NCBI GenBank assembly: GCA_963723355.1
Contig: CAVRQQ010000003.1
Span: forward strand, 6,992-70,991
Direction: 5' to 3'
Length of the DNA stretch: 64,000 nt
DNA from: an uncultured delta proteobacterium
GTDB lineage: Bacteria; Desulfobacterota; Desulfuromonadia; Desulfuromonadales; BM103
Shown piece by piece: positions 1 through 15,001 of this stretch; within the stretch, counting starts at the first letter, position 1, and each line of letters begins with the position of its first letter. A program made the translations under genes and the position numbers. A model generated the notes under the pieces. That model saw only the letters and a program-made list of their open reading frames with translations. It ran no database searches and was not told the DNA's origin.

Positions 1-279
1 CTCCAGAAAGTGTCCGGGAATTCAGGATAGATCAGAAGAATATTCATTTGTTTAAGTCCGTCTTTACCTAACAATATCAGAAATGTCAGAGGACTCAATT
101 GAGCGCTCGCTAAAAGCAAAGAACGCCCTTGGATCATCGAGGACTTAATGGTGTCATGTCCTGAAGATAGATGGTTGGTTTTCCAGGTTTTATCTGATGA
201 TGATTTGATCTACTGGAAAATGTCTGAAAGTGGCACAAAAAAGGCGTGACCCTAAAATAGAATCACACCTTTGTCTTTA

Positions 280-355
280 TGGCTCCCCGAGTTGGACTCG
301 AACCAACGACAAGCGGATTAACAGTCCGCTGCTCTACCAGCTGAGCTATCGGGGA
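280..355 (-). tRNA. tRNA-Asn (anticodon GTT)
   Basis: The reverse complement folds as a cloverleaf: acceptor TCCCCGA/TCGGGGA, anticodon loop CTGTTAA, T-arm GTTGG-TTCGAGT-CCAAC. CCA is encoded. Confidence 0.93.
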
Positions 356-376
356 TCAGTTGTGTAACGGAGGGGA

Positions 377-405
377 AATATACGGAATCGCCTCCCTTAT
401 GTCAA
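377..405 (-). promoter_or_regulatory. sigma70-like promoter for tRNA-Asn (TTGACA-17-TATATT)
   Basis: On the minus strand, TTGACA (405-400), a 17-nt spacer, then TATATT (382-377). This sits about 20 nt upstream of the tRNA 5' end. Confidence 0.55.
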
Positions 406-461
406 GAAAAAATGCCGGGGTTGCGGCTAGCGCAGTGCTATGGTAGCAGAGGCTTTAAAGC

Positions 462-671
462 TCACTTACTGCACGGCATCGTACCCTGGGCACAAGGCTC
501 CATTGTGCACGGTTTCTGGCAAGGGGTTTCCATTTTCTTGCAGCAGGGCTTTTCAACGGCACAGGGCCCATTCTGTCCAGGATCGCAAGGACCTCTCTTG
601 TGGAACATGCAACAGGCAGAGAGTGCGAAGGCCAGGGCCAGGATGATAGACACCAAAACCAGTTTTTTCAT
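462..671 (-). CDS. small Cys/Pro-rich putative lipoprotein (69 aa)
   Basis: GGAGAG RBS 5 nt upstream of the ATG. Signal peptide with lipobox LSA|C. The mature 50 aa hold 10 Cys, mostly in P-C dipeptides. The opposite-strand ORFs 412..687 and 440..646 lack such features. Confidence 0.6.
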   Translation of the reverse strand: MKKLVLVSIILALAFALSACCMFHKRGPCDPGQNGPCAVEKPCCKKMETPCQKPCTMEPCAQGTMPCSK

Positions 672-746
672 TATTCTCTCCGGATGATAAAGCCCGAGGA
701 CTCATGTCTCCGGGCTCCAAGTTGTCTTTGTCTTGCCAAGCCGTAC

Positions 747-1343
747 CTAAGCTCCGGCACCACCTTTTTTCAGCTCAAGGAGAATCAGTTTGGCCACCGC
801 CTTGAGGGTTTCAAAAACCCCCTCACCGGTTTGTGCACAGGCGGTAAATTCGGGAACGCCGCCCGGGTTCAGCAACTCACGCAGTTCTTCAATCGGTGTG
901 CAGTTAGGCAGGTCCTGCTTGTTGTACTGGATAACGAACGGCAATTTCTCCAGTTCATAGCCTTGCTCTTCCAGATTGACCTTGAGGTTCTCAAGGCTTT
1001 CAATGTTGGCGTCGAAGCGCTCTTCCTGTGAGTCCGCAACGAACACCACGCCGTCAACCCCTTTCAGAATCAGCTTACGCGATGCATCGTAAAAGACCTG
1101 GCCGGGAACCGTGTAAAGGTGAAAACGGGTTTTGAAGCCACGGATTTCACCGAGGGCCAGGGGCAGGAAGTCGAAAAACAGGGTCCGCTCAGTTTCCGTC
1201 GCCAGGGAAATCATCTTGCCCTTGGCGTCGGGGGCGGTTTTCTGATAGACAAACTGCAGATTGGTTGTCTTGCCGCACAGACCCGGACCGTAATAAACGA
1301 TTTTACAGTTGATTTCGCGGGAGGCGTAGTTGATGAAAGACAT
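747..1343 (-). CDS. mglA: Ras-like GTPase MglA (mutual gliding motility protein A)
   Basis: Near full-length similarity to Myxococcus MglA as I recall it ([62 protein letters not shown]). Confidence 0.93.
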   Translation of the reverse strand: MSFINYASREINCKIVYYGPGLCGKTTNLQFVYQKTAPDAKGKMISLATETERTLFFDFLPLALGEIRGFKTRFHLYTVPGQVFYDASRKLILKGVDGVVFVADSQEERFDANIESLENLKVNLEEQGYELEKLPFVIQYNKQDLPNCTPIEELRELLNPGGVPEFTACAQTGEGVFETLKAVAKLILLELKKGGAGA

Positions 1344-1355
1344 GGTCCGGTATCC

Positions 1356-1856
1356 TTAGCTGAACAGGTTGTCTATGTCGTCGTCAGTGATTTCGGCAAA
1401 CGGGCTGTCGACATTGCCGGTTTTTTCCATCTCTGTGGCTTTCTCCGAGAGGTCTTCGAATATGGTCGCCAGTTCGTCACTGGCTTTTTTAACCCTCAGC
1501 CTGACCAGGCCGAGCGAACTGCGATGGTCGAAGATGACAACCAGGATAACGCGTTGGGCAACGATTGAAATGTGTATGTTGTCCTTTTCCCCCTCGTGGA
1601 ACAGAATCGAGAATTCCTTCTCCCCGATCAGTTTGGCCAGGCCACCCGTTGCGGCGATATTACCTGCAGTCAGAGACGCCAGGCTGGTGGTGTCAAGGTG
1701 TTCTGTCTCGCCACAGCCGGCGATCAACTGGCCGTTCTTATCGACCAGGAAGATGACTTTGGCATTGGATTCGCGCAACAGTTTTTCAATAACTGCGCTG
1801 ATCCGCTGAAATTCCTCGTCATACATGACAAAGGAAGATTGCTGTGGACCGAGCAT
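1356..1856 (-). CDS. mglB: MglB, Roadblock/LC7-domain GAP partner of MglA
   Basis: A 166-aa Roadblock-like protein immediately upstream of mglA on the same strand. AGGAGA RBS 7 nt before the ATG. Confidence 0.8.
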   Translation of the reverse strand: MLGPQQSSFVMYDEEFQRISAVIEKLLRESNAKVIFLVDKNGQLIAGCGETEHLDTTSLASLTAGNIAATGGLAKLIGEKEFSILFHEGEKDNIHISIVAQRVILVVIFDHRSSLGLVRLRVKKASDELATIFEDLSEKATEMEKTGNVDSPFAEITDDDIDNLFS

Positions 1857-1992
1857 GCTGAATTCTCCTAATGGGGGTTAATACGCCAATAGCCCTTATA
1901 TCATTTCGTCCTGCCATATATCAAGGCTTTTTGCCGGTTTAAAGCCATCTTGGAGAGGTGGGCAAGTCCCCCCGAAGCGATACGGGCCAAAA

Positions 1993-2031
1993 TAAAAAAG
2001 CTCCCGGCACCAATGCCGGGAGCTTTTTTTC
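1993..2031. terminator. bidirectional rho-independent terminator downstream of nifJ
   Basis: Perfect 10-bp stem GCTCCCGGCA/TGCCGGGAGC (2000-2023) with a 4-nt loop. It is flanked by an A-run and a T-run. Confidence 0.8.
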
Positions 2032-2046
2032 TGAAACAGGGTGGAA

Positions 2047-6308
<4,262 letters not shown>

Positions 6309-6514
6309 AATTTATTGCAGAAATTCAACAGTTTATGGGATTTCAGAGATATTTTAAGTGGGCCAAATTTTTTTCGTATCACTGAAAAAATCCCCGAACA
6401 TATTTTTTATTATTGGTAAAAAAATTTATTTTAATTTAAAAAAACATGCAAATGCAAGCTTTTCCGTAAACGTCGAAATTCCAAGGGCGTACATTTGAGC
6501 GTATATTGGTCATA

Positions 6515-6562
6515 CCAATTATTGGCCAGCCCAATTATTGGATAAAAATGACCTCTTGTCAA
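6515..6562 (-). promoter_or_regulatory. candidate internal promoter (TTGACA-17-AATAAT) overlapped by tandem CCAATNATTGG palindromes
   Basis: Minus-strand TTGACA at 6562-6557 and AATAAT at 6539-6534. The palindrome CCAATTATTGG occurs at 6515-6525 and 6531-6541, with a further half-site within 6502-6509. Confidence 0.4.
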
Positions 6563-6591
6563 TTTTTTACTTACGAACGATTTTCCACCGT

Positions 6592-6909
6592 TTATGTGAG
6601 TCCAGGGATGTTCATGCCGCCGGTGATTTTACTCATCTCTTCCGAGGCCATCTGCTGACTCTGCTTGATTGCTTCATTGACCGCTGCAGTGACCAGGTCC
6701 TGCAGCATCTCGACATCCTCCGGGTCAACGGCCGCCGGGTCGATCTTCAGGTCGAGCAGTTGCTGCTTGCCGCTCACGACAGCAGTGACCATGCCGCCGC
6801 CGGCCGAAGCCTCGACCTGCTTCTTGCCAAGCTCCTCCTGCAGTTCAGCCATGCGGCGCTGCATCTGCTGCGCCTGCTTCATGATGTTGCCAATTCCACC
6901 TCGTGACAT
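6592..6909 (-). CDS. ybaB: nucleoid-associated protein YbaB/EbfC
   Basis: Family motif MSRGGIGNIMKQAQQMQ...KIDP. Start chosen at 6909 (AAGGAG RBS 8 nt upstream) rather than the track start at 6963. Confidence 0.88.
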   Translation of the reverse strand: MSRGGIGNIMKQAQQMQRRMAELQEELGKKQVEASAGGGMVTAVVSGKQQLLDLKIDPAAVDPEDVEMLQDLVTAAVNEAIKQSQQMASEEMSKITGGMNIPGLT

Positions 6910-7083
6910 AGGTATTGCTCCTTGCAGTAAAAATCTTTGGGAATGTCGCCACCAAGGCTCCAAGACACCAAGAGAACCTGTTTTTGTGTAAATTCTTCTT
7001 GGTGGCTTCGTGCCTTCGTGGCAAAAGCTTTTATTGTGTATGCCTTTTCGCGCTACGCGTCTCGCGCCTCGAGCTACCTGGTT

Positions 7084-8743
7084 TTAAACAAACCCCTTAT
7101 CGATCGGAATAACTTTCTTGATCCTGCCGCCGAACACATCCTGCACGGCTTTGAGGGCCGGGTGCTCCACGGCGTCCTCGCGCAGGCGGCGCATGCGGTC
7201 GGTCTCTTCTTCCTGGCGGGTTTCCACCAGCGACTTGGGCGCGTCCTGCGTTTCGGCGTCAACCATGGAGACCTTCAGCTTGATGGTCGTGCCGAAGTAC
7301 TCTGTCGCCAGGGCTTCGAGGTCGTGCCGGATATCATCCTCCTGGAGCTGGCCGATCATGAACGACCCTTTCGGGTAGCCGACGTCCAGTATCGGAGCTT
7401 CCAGTTTCAGCGGGCGGCCATGTTCCAGTACCGAGCCAAGCATCGGTCGACTCTGTTTGACCATGTCTACCAGCCCCTGCCACCCCTTGCTGTCGGTCGT
7501 TGTGGCGACGGGAGCTTCAGGCTTTTTTGGCGGTGGCGGCTCCGCTGCCGGGGCTTTCGGTACGGCCTGTGGCCGGGACGTCGGCAAGGGGGCTGAGGCC
7601 AGTCGGCGTTCGAGACTTTCGATGTGGCTGATCAGTTTGCCCAGGTCCTGGGTCGGGGCAAGCGTGGCCAGCCGCACCAGACTCATTTCCAGGGCCAGCA
7701 GGGGGGCGTTGCTGTTGACCAGCTCCAGCTGGGTCTTCATCAGCAGGGTGACGATCCGCTGCAGGTCTTCCAGGGAAGCATCCTCGGCGAGGAGCTTGAG
7801 TTCTTTCAGCTCGTCGCCGACCATGTCCAGCAGCTCGGCGGGCTCGTCGACAACCTTGCAGATGACCATGCCACGGAACATCTCGAGCAGGTCCTGGGTA
7901 AAACGCCGCAGGGCCAGGCCGAGCTGGTCGACGCGATGGGCCGATTCGAGGGCCCGCCGGCTGTCACGCTGCAGGATCGCCTCGACCGTGTCGAGCAACA
8001 GACGGCGATCGACCATGCCGAGCAGGGTCTGCACAGCCTCGTCTTCGACCTGGTCGCCGGAGAATGCCAGCACCTGGTCGAAGGTGGAGAGTGCGTCACG
8101 CATGCTGCCTTCACCCTGGCGGGCAATCAGCCCGAGGCTGCGGTCGGAGATCAGTCAGCTCCTCCGCGGTAGAGATTTCACGCAACCGCTCGGCAACCTT
8201 GGCCAGGGGTATCTTGCGAAAATCGAAACGCTGGCAGCGCGACAGGATGGTGATCGGGATTTTGTGCGGTTCGGTGGTGGCGAAGATAAACTTGGCGTGC
8301 TCCGGCGGTTCCTCGAGGGTTTTCAGCAGGGCGTTGAACGCGTTGGTCGAGAGCATGTGCACTTCATCGATGATGAAGATCTTGAAACGCGAGCGGCTTG
8401 GCATGTAGCGGATATTCTCACGCAGTTCGCGGACATCGTCGACGCCGGTGTTCGAGGCGCCGTCAATCTCGATAACATCCATCCCTTGGCCGGAGGTGAT
8501 CTCCGTACAGGAGGAACAGGTGTTGCAGGGCTGGTCGGTGAGGCCTGTTTCGCAGTTCAGGGCTTTGGCAAGAATCCGTGCTGCCGAGGTTTTGCCGACG
8601 CCGCGGGCGCCGGTGAAGAGGAAGGCATGGTGAATCCGGCCCGAGCGGATGGCGTTCGCCAGGGTCTGGCTGACATGCTCCTGGCCGATCAGGTCGGCGA
8701 AGTTTTGTGGCCGCCACTTACGGGCGAGTACCAGGTAGGCCAT
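7084..8743 (-). pseudogene. dnaX: DNA polymerase III subunit gamma/tau DnaX, interrupted by one frameshift
   Basis: ORF 8111..8743 holds the AAA+ N-terminus (GARGVGKTS Walker A). ORF 7084..8103 continues with SMRDALS... Removing one base near 8155 restores [25 protein letters not shown]. Confidence 0.9.
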
Positions 8744-8792
8744 GGTCTCTCAGTTCGGCTTCAGGTTAGGAGCAAACCGCAACCGGCGACTT

Positions 8793-8918
8793 GCCGGCAC
8801 AAGTGACAGCCAGGCACCCCCGCGGCACACGGCTGAGGCCGCTGCCGCTGCTCCCTTCCGGGCCTGACGGAGTTCACGGCCGTCCGTTGCGCGGGACCCG
8901 GCTGTCACTTCTGACGGC
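8793..8918 (-). ncRNA. ffs: signal recognition particle RNA (small/4.5S type); ends approximate
   Basis: The minus strand contains CAGGCCCGGAAGGGAGCAGC, matching the conserved domain IV motif of E. coli 4.5S RNA (CAGGUCCGGAAGGAAGCAGC). It is closed by a long terminal stem GCCGTCAGAAGTGACAGCC/GGCTGTCACTTGTGCCGGC. The position upstream of dnaX is typical. Confidence 0.85.
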
Positions 8919-9046
8919 AAATATACGCCATGGCCGGAGAACCAAAAACGTTTAACGCAAATAATCAGTCAAGTCTATCAGGAAAAAGGCCTGAGCACTG
9001 CGCCTTGATTGCATTTTTGCGTTGATTTGTAATCAGTTTGAAAAGA

Positions 9047-9136
<90 letters not shown>

Positions 9137-9292
9137 GCAGAACAGGCAAAATACACCAAAGAACGTTTGACTGTAAAGGGTTTTTCTCGGCAGCCAGATG
9201 CACGATTAAGGTAAACCAGGTCCCCGAAAGAATGATTCTCAGGGGCGTTTCAACTGTCGTGAACGGGTTGGGTTGGCTGGTCCGGTGGCGAC

Positions 9293-11176
9293 CTAGTTGA
9301 TTTGAACGATCACACCTTTCTGGATCTGCAGCAGAAAGAGGATCTTGTCGGCTTCGCCGACCAGGTCAAAGCGTGTGGCGCCGGTCACCCCGGGGAAGTT
9401 CTGCAGTTGCGACAGGGCACGGCGAAGGTCCTCGCGGCTGGCGATCCCGGGGTCGTTGAGCAGGGTCAGCATGATCCCGGCGATATCGTAGCCCTGGGCT
9501 TCGAGAATGGTCGGCTCTTCGCCAAAGCGGTTGAAATAATCTGCCACGAACTCCTGTACGAAGGGGTAGCGGCTGTGCAGGAAGAAGCTGTCGGTGAACA
9601 CGGCGCCTTCGACAAATTGTTTGGCCAGGCGCGGTAGCTCGGTATCGTTCCAGCCGTTGGTGCCGAGCAGTTGAATATCTTCCAGCCCGTAGAAGGCGAT
9701 TTGAGGTGCAATCAGGCTGATCCTGTCGGAGTAGTCCGGGACGAACAGCGCTTCGAAGGGTGGCGGGGTTTTTTCCTCTTCTCCGGCATCGCCGGAGCTT
9801 TCCGAATCGACAGGATCCTCTTCCTCGTCGGACGCATCGGGGTCGAGTCCCTGCAACAGGCGGACCTGGTAGCGGAAGTCGGTCTGGTCCGTCTGGTAAC
9901 TCTGCACGGCGACGATCTCACCACCGCGGCGCCAGACTTCGTCCTGGAAGAGCACGGCGAAATTTTCTCCCTGGCGAGTTTGCGGGTACATGATACCAAA
10001 GGTCGAAAGTCCGCGCTCTTCCATGGCGTAGTCTAGCAGAGCCCGGACCTGCAACTCCGCGGTCAGGGAATTGCGGAAGACGTAGAGGCTCGCGGCCGCC
10101 AGCCCTTCTCGCTGGGACATGGTCAGCAGGGGGATGCGTTCCTGGTTGGCCCGGACGGTGGCACCCTGGGCGGCATTGCCGACCAGCGGGCCGACAATGC
10201 CCATGACCCGGTCACTGATCGCCAGCTCGGCAACCTGCTGGGCGGCGATCGTCTCATCCCCGGCCGTGTCGCGGAAGATCAGGCGCACCGGAATATTCGG
10301 GCGGAAGGTCTCCATCGCCAACTCCATCCCCTTCTTCACTCGTTCGCCGAAGGCGGCGTAGCGGCCGCTTAACGGCAGCAGGACGCCGATGGCTCGTTGC
10401 AGTTGAGTGGGGTCGCTGAGCTGCGATTGCAGCGCCAGGGCTTCTTCACGATAGGCGAAGCCGATCGGCGCTTGCATTGCGGACGCGGCCCATTGCCGGG
10501 CGCGCTCTTTCTGATCTGCTGCCAGGGCGCGCCAGCCGAGCTGCAGCATAGCCAGGTAGGCCACCGGGCTGTCGTTATACATGAACGCTGCTTCGGCGAG
10601 GTCTGCCTCGTTGAAACGATCACTAAGCAGCTTATAGATACGTGCCAGGACGTCACGTGGAGAAACGGCACCCTCAACGAGCATCGCCTGCTGGTAGAAG
10701 TAGAGGGCCTTGTGCGGTTCGTCCAGGGCCAGAAATCCCTCGGCGAGGGCAAGGGCGTGTTGCTGGCGCTGCTGTAGCGGCCAGGTCTCCGTGTTGATTT
10801 GCCGCAAGTTGTAGACGACCCGGGCGGCATCACCCATCTTCAGGAGCAACTCGGCCTGCAGCAGGGTACTGGCCGGACTGGTGGAGGTCGGGTCGATCCG
10901 GTCCAGGTAATCCAGGGCTATCGAAGCTTCATCGAGGTCGCGATGGACGAGGGCCAGGTAATAGTAGGCTTGATTGATCCGGTCTGAATCGGACTGGCTG
11001 ACGACAAAGCCGCGCAGCAGACCGGCGGCCTCATTAAGCTTGCCGGCGTGATAATGGTCCAGCGCCCTCTGCATGGCAATGTCAGCCTGTGACGATACTG
11101 TCGGTTGAGCGAGAGCAGTGCAGACACCGAAGCTCAGCAACAGCAGCAAACAGACCGTCGCAGTTCTAAAGCGCAT
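9293..11176 (-). CDS. secreted TPR plus type-1 periplasmic-binding-fold protein (LpoA/LppC-like penicillin-binding protein activator)
   Basis: 627 aa with an N-terminal signal peptide, TPR-like repeats and a C-terminal LivK-like binding fold interrupted by an acidic stretch. The start overlaps the dnaJ stop (TGATG). Confidence 0.6.
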   Translation of the reverse strand: MRFRTATVCLLLLLSFGVCTALAQPTVSSQADIAMQRALDHYHAGKLNEAAGLLRGFVVSQSDSDRINQAYYYLALVHRDLDEASIALDYLDRIDPTSTSPASTLLQAELLLKMGDAARVVYNLRQINTETWPLQQRQQHALALAEGFLALDEPHKALYFYQQAMLVEGAVSPRDVLARIYKLLSDRFNEADLAEAAFMYNDSPVAYLAMLQLGWRALAADQKERARQWAASAMQAPIGFAYREEALALQSQLSDPTQLQRAIGVLLPLSGRYAAFGERVKKGMELAMETFRPNIPVRLIFRDTAGDETIAAQQVAELAISDRVMGIVGPLVGNAAQGATVRANQERIPLLTMSQREGLAAASLYVFRNSLTAELQVRALLDYAMEERGLSTFGIMYPQTRQGENFAVLFQDEVWRRGGEIVAVQSYQTDQTDFRYQVRLLQGLDPDASDEEEDPVDSESSGDAGEEEKTPPPFEALFVPDYSDRISLIAPQIAFYGLEDIQLLGTNGWNDTELPRLAKQFVEGAVFTDSFFLHSRYPFVQEFVADYFNRFGEEPTILEAQGYDIAGIMLTLLNDPGIASREDLRRALSQLQNFPGVTGATRFDLVGEADKILFLLQIQKGVIVQIN

Positions 11177-12291
11177 CAGTCGAACAGCTCCTTGACTTTG
11201 TCGAAAAAGCTTTTTCCCATCGGGTGGATATCCTCACCGGCTTCCCTGGCAAATTCATCGAGCAGCTCCTTTTGGCGGGAGGTCAGCTTGGTCGGTGTCT
11301 CCACCCGCACGATGACCAGCTCGTCACCGCGACCGTAACCCTGTAAAACCGGTATCCCCTTGCCGTTCAGTTTAAATATCTTGCCGCTTTGGGTGCCGGC
11401 CGGAACCTTCAGCTTGACCTTGCCTTCGAGGGTCGGAACGTCAAGTTCGCAGCCGAGAGCCGCCTGGGGAAAGGAGACCGGAATCTCGCAGATGAGGTCG
11501 TTCCCCTCACGCTGAAAGATCGAATGCTCCTTGACGGTGATCACCACGTAAAGGTCGCCTGGCGGGCCGCCCTTGGAGCCAGGCTCGCCTTCACCGTTCA
11601 TCTTCAGCCGGTTCCCCGATTCTACCCCAGCAGGGATTTTCAGGGAAAGGGTCTTTTGGCCGCGGGTCAGGCCGGTGCCCCGGCAGTCGCCGCATGGGTC
11701 GGCAATCTTTTTGCCTTCACCGTTGCAATCCGGGCAGGGGCGGGTCAGGGAGAAGAAGCCCTGCTGAAAGCGCACCTGGCCATTGCCGGAACAGGTCCGG
11801 CAGGTCTCGGCGCTGGTTCCCGGCCTGGCGCCACTGCCCTTGCAGGTTTCGCAGGTGTGGTGCCGGGGAACCTTGATCTTGGTTTCCAGGCCGAAAGCGG
11901 CTTCCTCAAAGGTGATGGACAGGTTGTAGCGCAGGTCATCGCCGCGCCGCCCACCGCCGCGCCGGCTGGTCCCGCCGCCGAAGATGTCGCCGAAGATGTC
12001 GCCGAAGATATCCTCGAAAGGAGTGCCGCCAAAACCGCCTGAGGAGAAACCGAAGCCACCCTGCTGATCGATGCCGGCATGGCCGTACTGATCATAGAGG
12101 GCGCGTTTCTGCCCGTCTGAGAGAACGGCGTAGGCTTCGGAGAGTTCCTTGAAACGTTCCTCGGCCGCTTTGTCACCGGGGTTCTTGTCGGGGTGACACT
12201 TCAGCGCCAGCTTGCGGTAGGCCTTTTTGATCTCTGTTTCGCTGGCGTTGCGGTTGACCTCGAGAATTTCATAATAATCGCGTTTGGCCAA
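11176..12291 (-). CDS. dnaJ: molecular chaperone DnaJ
   Basis: J domain with HPD, a G/F-rich region and four CxxCxGxG zinc motifs. Confidence 0.96.
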   Translation of the reverse strand: MAKRDYYEILEVNRNASETEIKKAYRKLALKCHPDKNPGDKAAEERFKELSEAYAVLSDGQKRALYDQYGHAGIDQQGGFGFSSGGFGGTPFEDIFGDIFGDIFGGGTSRRGGGRRGDDLRYNLSITFEEAAFGLETKIKVPRHHTCETCKGSGARPGTSAETCRTCSGNGQVRFQQGFFSLTRPCPDCNGEGKKIADPCGDCRGTGLTRGQKTLSLKIPAGVESGNRLKMNGEGEPGSKGGPPGDLYVVITVKEHSIFQREGNDLICEIPVSFPQAALGCELDVPTLEGKVKLKVPAGTQSGKIFKLNGKGIPVLQGYGRGDELVIVRVETPTKLTSRQKELLDEFAREAGEDIHPMGKSFFDKVKELFD

Positions 12292-12320
12292 AACATAGTC
12301 CTTGCGGCAGAAAGGGTAAA

Positions 12321-12367
12321 GGCCAAGGGTGAGCGGGGCGATAGATCATCGCCCTGCACCCTTGGCC
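12321..12367 (-). other. long intercistronic stem-loop between dnaK and dnaJ
   Basis: Outer stem of 11 bp GGCCAAGGGTG/CACCCTTGGCC enclosing an inner GGGCGA/TCGCCC helix. No clear U-tract follows. Confidence 0.5.
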
Positions 12368-12384
12368 CTGTATCCCTTACCGGG

Positions 12385-14295
<1,911 letters not shown>

Positions 14296-14361
14296 GATAA
14301 GAATCCTCCTTAACGATTCGGTATGTTGTGTGTTTGAGCGGACAGTCCTGCTGCCCGTTGA

Positions 14362-14988
14362 TTATTCTCCGGTGGCCTCAGCGTCCTGGTCTTCAGTCGC
14401 TCCGTTCGGAGCCCTGGCAACCATGACCAGCGACGGACGCAGCAGGCGGTCATTGAGCAGGTAGCCCTTCTGGAATTCACTGATGACCGTGTTCGGTGCC
14501 TGGTCCGTTGTCTCAACCTGCCCCATGGCCTGGTGCAGGTTCGGGTCGAAATCCTCGCCGAGGGCATTGATCGGCTTGACGCCGAAATCCTCCAGCACCT
14601 TGCGGAACTGGTTGATCGTCATGTTGACACCTTCCAGGAGACCCTGGTTGTCGTCGTCGCCCTGCTCGGCATGCCCGACTGCGCGCTCGAGGTTGTCGAG
14701 GACCGGGATCATCTCCCTGAGCAGACGGTCGTTGGCAAAGCGGATCGCCTCTTCGCGGTCGCGCTGATGGCGCTTGCGGGCATTTTCCAGGTCAGCCCGC
14801 TCGCGCAGGTACAAATCCCAGTTCTTGCCAGCTTCTTCCTTGGCCACTACGATTTCCTGCATGAGCTTTTGCAGGGGATCAGTCTCTTCTTCGGTCTCCG
14901 CGACAATTGCTTCGTCAGGGTTTCCCTGCTCCTGCTCGGTAATTATTTCCGGCTCCTCTGCAGCCGGCTGATTCTTTTTCTTCGCCAA
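14362..14988 (-). CDS. grpE: nucleotide exchange factor GrpE
   Basis: 208 aa. GrpE family C-terminus, placed between hrcA and dnaK. Confidence 0.93.
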   Translation of the reverse strand: MAKKKNQPAAEEPEIITEQEQGNPDEAIVAETEEETDPLQKLMQEIVVAKEEAGKNWDLYLRERADLENARKRHQRDREEAIRFANDRLLREMIPVLDNLERAVGHAEQGDDDNQGLLEGVNMTINQFRKVLEDFGVKPINALGEDFDPNLHQAMGQVETTDQAPNTVISEFQKGYLLNDRLLRPSLVMVARAPNGATEDQDAEATGE

Positions 14989-15001
14989 TGCTTTAAGTCT
15001 C

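Noticed and set aside
412-687. Plus-strand ORFs 412..687 and 440..646 overlapping the Cys-rich lipoprotein ORF.
   Set aside because: They have no RBS, no signal or family features, and an atypical composition. The minus-strand ORF has an RBS, a lipobox and a periodic P-C pattern.
8103-8160. Programmed ribosomal frameshift in dnaX, as in E. coli tau/gamma.
   Set aside because: It is in the wrong place (within the N-terminal ATPase region), needs the wrong direction of shift, and has no slippery heptamer or downstream stimulatory structure. Seven other similar single-base breaks occur in unrelated genes.
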